Shown: in pieces, positions 50,852 to 55,575 of the stretch | How positions within the stretch are numbered: the stretch's first letter is position 1 | Layout of the letters: the number at the start of each line of letters is the position of its first letter | From: an uncultured Mycoplasmatota bacterium | GTDB lineage: Bacteria > Bacillota_I > Bacilli_A > RF39 > UBA660 | Assembly (NCBI GenBank): GCA_947426265.1 | Contig: CANEDJ010000004.1 | Coordinates: 1-55,575, forward strand | Length of the DNA stretch: 55,575 nucleotides | Direction: 5' to 3' | Position numbers and translations under genes: made by a program | Notes under the pieces: generated by a model | What the model was told of the DNA's origin: nothing | Databases searched by the model: none | Seen by the model: only the letters and a program-made list of their open reading frames with translations

Positions 50852-51199
50852 TTAAAAACTATTTTGTAAACAACTATCATAATAATCATCATCAAACCAG
50901 TAGCCATAAACACATGTATCACCTGACCATTTTCCGCCTGCACTAATGCAACAAGACTTTTTAGAAGAATGATTCTCAAAACTATTTGCTTCATCAAATT
51001 CTTCTACAACCGCTACAAAAAACCAGAAAAACATAATTAATGTAACACCAACTACACCTACTATAATTGCAATTATTAAATTTTTATCTAAATCTTTTGG
51101 TTTTGATGTAGAAGCATGCTCTACTCTTTTACCACAATTTAAACATGCATAAGCACCTTCTTTTAATTCATTTCCACAATTTCCACAAAACTTTGCCAT
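50852..51199 (-). CDS. Zinc-ribbon single-TM protein
   Basis: CxxC..CxxC N-terminus, one TM, Cys-containing C-terminus. Confidence 0.8.
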   Translation of the reverse strand: MAKFCGNCGNELKEGAYACLNCGKRVEHASTSKPKDLDKNLIIAIIVGVVGVTLIMFFWFFVAVVEEFDEANSFENHSSKKSCCISAGGKWSGDTCVYGYWFDDDYYDSCLQNSF

Positions 51200-51284
51200 A
51201 AAATCACTTCCTACTAATAGTATAACATAAAAAAAAGAAATATGTGAGAAACCACTTATTTCTTTCCATAATTTTTATATTCAA

Positions 51285-51650
51285 TCATATTCCTCTCACA
51301 TTATTCATTACCATATTCAGGAATAGAATAATCAAAATTGGTATGATAAACTTTCCTAATTTTCCAAAAAAGAAATCTGTTTTCTTTTTATCTTTTATAA
51401 TATCATAAATCAAATAACCATTCACAATAATAAAAAATATAAAAACTGGTATCGATAATAAATTATACTGGATCGCTTTCAATAAATTCCCAGATAATAT
51501 AGCTCTAAATCCTCTGGTAAATCCACAAGCTGGACAAGCAATATGAAATACCTGTTTTATCACGCACTCTGTCAAAAGTTGACCAGATAAAATCAAATAA
51601 CACATCACAAATTCTATGACAAATAAAAAACTTTTAAAAATTCTATTCAT
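51285..51650 (-). CDS. DUF2752 membrane protein
   Basis: C.....HIACPACGFTR...A..YN motif. Confidence 0.85.
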   Translation of the reverse strand: MNRIFKSFLFVIEFVMCYLILSGQLLTECVIKQVFHIACPACGFTRGFRAILSGNLLKAIQYNLLSIPVFIFFIIVNGYLIYDIIKDKKKTDFFFGKLGKFIIPILIILFLNMVMNNVRGI

Positions 51651-51674
51651 AATGAAAAAAGTCTATTAAGACTT

Positions 51675-52016
51675 TTAGTTTTCTAAATAATTTCCGTTTG
51701 CATCTTTGTCAATGCTTCCAGTTAAAATTAAAATTCCTTCAATCAATCCCCAGATACTTGAAATTGCTGCTCCGATTCCACAAGTAAGAACAGTTATCAA
51801 TAATTGAGCAACTGCTTTTCCAGTATAACCTAAATAAAAGTTATGTACTCCAAATGACCCTAAGAAAATTCCTAATAATCCAGCAGCGATTTTTGATTTT
51901 CCGCCTCCTTGACCATTTCCATTATTATTTCCTTTTGATACTTGTTTTCCACAATTTAAGCAAATATCTGCTCCATCTTTGATTTCAGTACCACAATTTT
52001 GACAAAATTTTGCCAT
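51675..52016 (-). CDS. Zinc-ribbon plus TM2-domain protein
   Basis: MAKFCQNCG..CLNCG; KSKIAAGLLGIFLGSFGVHNFYLG. Confidence 0.9.
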   Translation of the reverse strand: MAKFCQNCGTEIKDGADICLNCGKQVSKGNNNGNGQGGGKSKIAAGLLGIFLGSFGVHNFYLGYTGKAVAQLLITVLTCGIGAAISSIWGLIEGILILTGSIDKDANGNYLEN

Positions 52017-52114
52017 ATCTCTCACTCCTTTTTTACAAAGACATTATAACACATTTTTATGTTCTATACAATATTTCTGTTTCTTTTTTATCAGAATATA
52101 TAATTTCCCTATCC

Positions 52115-52435
52115 CTAAATTCCATAAAAACTAAAAATTTCTTCTTTATCTTCTATCACACTAAAAGTAGAATCAAATATCATATCTTTTATATTTTCCC
52201 ATTCTTCTTTTAAGACAATATCATCTATTGTGTTCGAATTATATAATTCATCTAATGAAGAAAATATAATTTCTCCACTTTGTATAGAAGAAGCGCCACA
52301 TCTTTGAAATGTCACATAATCTGCATATTTTATAATCATATAATAATGCTCTTTATTTCTAAAATAAATTTCAATTTCAACTTCCTCTTTACAAGCTTCA
52401 AACAATTTTTTAAATTCCAAATAAGAAATCATCAC
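52115..52435 (-). CDS. Hypothetical protein
   Basis: 106-aa acidic ORF (YMIIKY...TFQRCG) in an operon. Confidence 0.7.
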   Translation of the reverse strand: MMISYLEFKKLFEACKEEVEIEIYFRNKEHYYMIIKYADYVTFQRCGASSIQSGEIIFSSLDELYNSNTIDDIVLKEEWENIKDMIFDSTFSVIEDKEEIFSFYGI

Positions 52436-52447
52436 CCTATTCCGTCC

Positions 52448-53287
52448 TTACATTTCTATTTGATATGTTTCTAATAATTCTCCCATTTTTTCTTTCTTTA
52501 ATTGAACCAAAAAATGACCACAATCATAGAGATGATCTTTATTAATATTAGAAAGAAAATCTTGATATTTCATAATGCCTTGCATTTTTTCATCAAATAC
52601 AAAAGATATATAAATAGTTTCAATCTTTGTCTTATCTATCATCACAGTTGGTTCCAAAGGGAAAATAGATAAAACATCTTCTGTAAGAGTATAAATTCCA
52701 AGCATTGTATGGTCAGGTTTCTGGTATATAGTTGCACTTCCATAATAAGCATCTATACTTTGCTTTTCTTCTAAAAAAGTTCCTAATTTTTGAAGGTCTT
52801 TAGAGATTAGATACAAATCTTTTTTATCAATTGCAATTGGATTATAAACAGCATACAAAGATAAAGTAGCATATGTTCCATTTTCTAAGTTCTCTTCCAT
52901 CATTTGAAGTGCTCCTATACTGGCATTTCTATCATACTCAATATAACTAGGAATTTGAGTGAGTGAAGAACGTTCACCTTCTCTTTCAAATACTGTTGTA
53001 TGAAACAAGGAACATATTTTTTTCACATAGTCATAAAAAAATAGAATTTCATCTTCACTTGTTGGTAGTGACATTCGTAAATTCACTTTCTTTTTCTTGG
53101 TAGATAGTTCAATCCCTCTTTGCACTTTTTCTTTTCCATAAACAATTGTAAGTTCTCCTGCTTTTCCTTCCATCAAACGAAATTCATCATCCATCACTCC
53201 ATAACTCATTCCTTCAAAAATAAAATCTTCTACATGATATTTCTTAGGTATCATTCTTTTATCTTCGATTGTAACATTAACAGCCAT
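52448..53287 (-). CDS. DUF4299-like protein
   Basis: QRGIE, LPTSEDEI and GIYTLTEDV..IFP motifs. Confidence 0.7.
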   Translation of the reverse strand: MAVNVTIEDKRMIPKKYHVEDFIFEGMSYGVMDDEFRLMEGKAGELTIVYGKEKVQRGIELSTKKKKVNLRMSLPTSEDEILFFYDYVKKICSLFHTTVFEREGERSSLTQIPSYIEYDRNASIGALQMMEENLENGTYATLSLYAVYNPIAIDKKDLYLISKDLQKLGTFLEEKQSIDAYYGSATIYQKPDHTMLGIYTLTEDVLSIFPLEPTVMIDKTKIETIYISFVFDEKMQGIMKYQDFLSNINKDHLYDCGHFLVQLKKEKMGELLETYQIEM

Positions 53288-53299
53288 AATGAAACCTCC

Positions 53300-53938
53300 T
53301 TATTTAAAGTTCACATAATGAAATCCAATTTTTTTATAAATATCGGAAGCTCTTGGTAAATCTAGTAAACGTGCTATTAAAAGGTTATAGATTTCATCAA
53401 ATAAAATAATTGCACAAAAAGAAATAGTAAGTGTTAAAAAGAGTTTTTTAGGAAGAGTTTTTGCGAAATAAAAACAAATTGGCACAATCAAGTAAATTAG
53501 CATCAAACTAGAAAGTCCAAAGAAAAGAACACTTCTGAGACAAACAAAACCACCAATATTTCCAAAGTTTAAAATTTCAGTATTATAATCCCAACAACGA
53601 AAACCATCTCCTAAAACGTACAAGCCAATTCCACCAATGAGTTCTATCATTCCTGAAGAAACAACACTAATTAGAAAGACTTTTAACGGTTTTGAACGGT
53701 GACTGTAAGCAAAAAAGTATACAGCGAGTGCCCCTATTGCATAGATATTAATCCAAGGTAAGAAATTTCCTCCTCTCCAAAAAAATTCGTTCATTCCACC
53801 ATTAAAATAGTAAAATACAAACTCATATAAAAACCCAAATATTCCAGCAATAATAGTAATAAGACAAAATATACCAACCATTGTCATTTTGTCAAATGAA
53901 TGGTTTTGACGAATATATTCTTGATATTTTTCTTTCAT
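53300..53938 (-). CDS. Putative ABC-transporter type IV permease-like membrane protein
   Basis: GFLYE..RG.NFLPWINIYAIG, WDY and NIGGFVCL motifs. Confidence 0.8.
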   Translation of the reverse strand: MKEKYQEYIRQNHSFDKMTMVGIFCLITIIAGIFGFLYEFVFYYFNGGMNEFFWRGGNFLPWINIYAIGALAVYFFAYSHRSKPLKVFLISVVSSGMIELIGGIGLYVLGDGFRCWDYNTEILNFGNIGGFVCLRSVLFFGLSSLMLIYLIVPICFYFAKTLPKKLFLTLTISFCAIILFDEIYNLLIARLLDLPRASDIYKKIGFHYVNFK

Positions 53939-54067
53939 GACAATAACTCCTTTTTTAAAATCTTTTAAAAACTATAATGATTATATCATAAAATATTCTA
54001 TTTCGTAAAAAAAGACTTCTTTTATTCAAAGCAGTCTTTCAGACAATCATTTCTAATAAAAACTCTT

Positions 54068-54694
54068 TTATTTATTGCAATCTGTACACATACTTAAAGC
54101 GGTATCTACTTGTTTCATATAATCTGTTAATGTTTGTTTTAAATCTTTTACTTCTTCCTCGGTCCAATATTCTTTTGGGTCTTTTAGATTATGTGTATCC
54201 TTTGATGTTTCATAATCATTGCCAATAATCTTTCCTTCTATATGAAAAGATACATTCGGTACATAAATCCATTGTTCCCCTTCTTCATTATATTGTAAAT
54301 GTCCATCTAATAAAGAAATCAATTCTTTATATTTATCCATGTTTTCTTCTTTTACTTTTTTGGTATTACAATAATAAATTTTTTCAATTCCAATTTCTTT
54401 TGCCACTTCATTTAAATATGGAACATAAGCTTGACACCAAGGACATTCTGGATAGCCTAAATAGACAACTCCTGTTCCATGTTCCATAATTTTAATAATT
54501 TCATCTACATTTTTATAAACAAACACATTATCTTCTGTCACATTTTTATATTCAGACGCAAATTGTTTTTGGTCTTGACTGGTTCCTGGTTCTTTTGGCT
54601 TTTCTTCTCTATTGTTTTTATTCCATAGCAAAATACTTCCTAGTCCAATCAGTGTCACCATTAAAACAATCACCAATATCATTTTCTTATTCAT
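54068..54694 (-). CDS. Membrane-anchored thioredoxin-like protein
   Basis: N-terminal TM; GYPECPWC and YVP motifs. Confidence 0.85.
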   Translation of the reverse strand: MNKKMILVIVLMVTLIGLGSILLWNKNNREEKPKEPGTSQDQKQFASEYKNVTEDNVFVYKNVDEIIKIMEHGTGVVYLGYPECPWCQAYVPYLNEVAKEIGIEKIYYCNTKKVKEENMDKYKELISLLDGHLQYNEEGEQWIYVPNVSFHIEGKIIGNDYETSKDTHNLKDPKEYWTEEEVKDLKQTLTDYMKQVDTALSMCTDCNK

Positions 54695-54764
54695 AAAAAT
54701 TCCTCCTTCTATTTTTATTATAAAGAAACCTTAACTGTTTTTCAATAAAATTTAGCGTTATAAT

Positions 54765-54783
54765 TCTCAACTTGAGGTTGAGA
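54765..54783. promoter_or_regulatory. Palindrome, candidate operator
   Basis: TCTCAAC-TTGAG-GTTGAGA between the XRE gene and the thioredoxin-like gene; no U tract. Confidence 0.45.
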
Positions 54784-54784
54784 G

Positions 54785-55462
54785 CTATTTACAGTTATCT
54801 TTTAATTGAAGAGGAATTTTATAAGTTGTCATTTTTTTCTCTTGATTGATTGCTTCTATTTCTAAATAAAAACTATTTTCTTGATAAAGTTTACATGTCT
54901 TCTCATAATTATCAACATTAAAATTAACAGTTTCTAAAAACTCTACTAGTGTTAAATTTTCTTTTTCAGAACGATATCTTATCACTTCTTTTTGTACTTT
55001 CCCATCTGTTTCATATAAAATACATTCTATTGCTTTATATTTTTCCTTATCATCTTCCCCACAATAAGTAATGTTTGATATATAAATAGAAGATTTGATA
55101 TCATTGTAAGCCATGCTTCCATAGAGTTTAAAGTTATTACAATTAGAAGATAGTGTTTTAAATTCAAAATGACCTTTTTTGGGATAAAATAGAAAAAGTG
55201 CAATCACAAGAAAAACAATTCCCATGCCAATCCATATAGTGGGTTTCTTTTTCGGAATTTTTGTTTCTAAAAAATCATCTAAATTCATTTGATATTCTTC
55301 ACACATTTGTTTTAAAATTGCAATATCTGGAATGTTCTTTCCATTTTCCCATTTGCTTACAGCCTGATAGGTAACACCATATTTAAGGGCAAACTTTTGT
55401 TGACTTAAGTTTTCTTTTTTTCGAATATCTCGAATAAATTTTCCAATTTTTTCTTGATTCAT
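54785..55462 (-). CDS. XRE-family HTH regulator with TM and extracellular domain
   Basis: IGKFI..RKKENLSQ..GVTYQAVSKWENG..PD; one TM. Confidence 0.92.
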   Translation of the reverse strand: MNQEKIGKFIRDIRKKENLSQQKFALKYGVTYQAVSKWENGKNIPDIAILKQMCEEYQMNLDDFLETKIPKKKPTIWIGMGIVFLVIALFLFYPKKGHFEFKTLSSNCNNFKLYGSMAYNDIKSSIYISNITYCGEDDKEKYKAIECILYETDGKVQKEVIRYRSEKENLTLVEFLETVNFNVDNYEKTCKLYQENSFYLEIEAINQEKKMTTYKIPLQLKDNCK

Positions 55463-55575
55463 GTTACCTACTCCTTTGTAACATTATACCATAACAAAAA
55501 CAAATCAAAAATATGATTTGCTCAGACTGTTGACAAATAATTTTTTGTGAACAGTCTTTTAAAATTATAAATGTT

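Noticed and set aside
8413-53359. Numerous short ORFs antisense to or nested in long genes (e.g. 8413, 13461, 15041, 19197, 22849, 34046, 40573, 43555, 53120)
   Set aside because: They are shadows of well-supported genes, without RBS or recognisable motifs.

Overview
AT-rich chromosomal window from a spore-forming Bacillota bacterium using the standard genetic code. Gene style resembles reduced-genome gut Bacilli such as RF39, but that placement is inference. The housekeeping backbone comprises def, a dcw/sporulation block (murG-murB-divIB-ftsA-ftsZ-spoIIGA-sigE, with sigG flipped in front of ylmC), a two-component system plus ABC exporter, glmS with its ribozyme, addB-like/addA, a redox operon and tRNA-Glu(CTC). 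The left end holds the 5' part (>2200 codons, absent from the ORF track because it runs off the window) of a secreted RHS/YD-repeat protein, with a 609-bp internal tandem duplication and a terminator hairpin in its leader. Many orphan genes are interleaved with the backbone: (i) an operon for an Ntn-like/coiled-coil/MoxR-type AAA+ fusion plus a degenerate vWA partner, whose promoter is bracketed by two inverted 23-bp palindromes; (ii) a GreA paralog lacking both catalytic acidic residues; (iii) an apparently inactive ABC-3C MC1/ABC-ATPase-like fusion inside the dcw cluster; (iv) two unrecognised tandem paralog families. Many of these orphans share short basic C-terminal tails, and several share poly-G ribosome-binding sites, which may mark a dispersed effector-like gene class (hypothesis). 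Two pseudogenes are present. All family calls come from motif recognition by eye; no searches were run.
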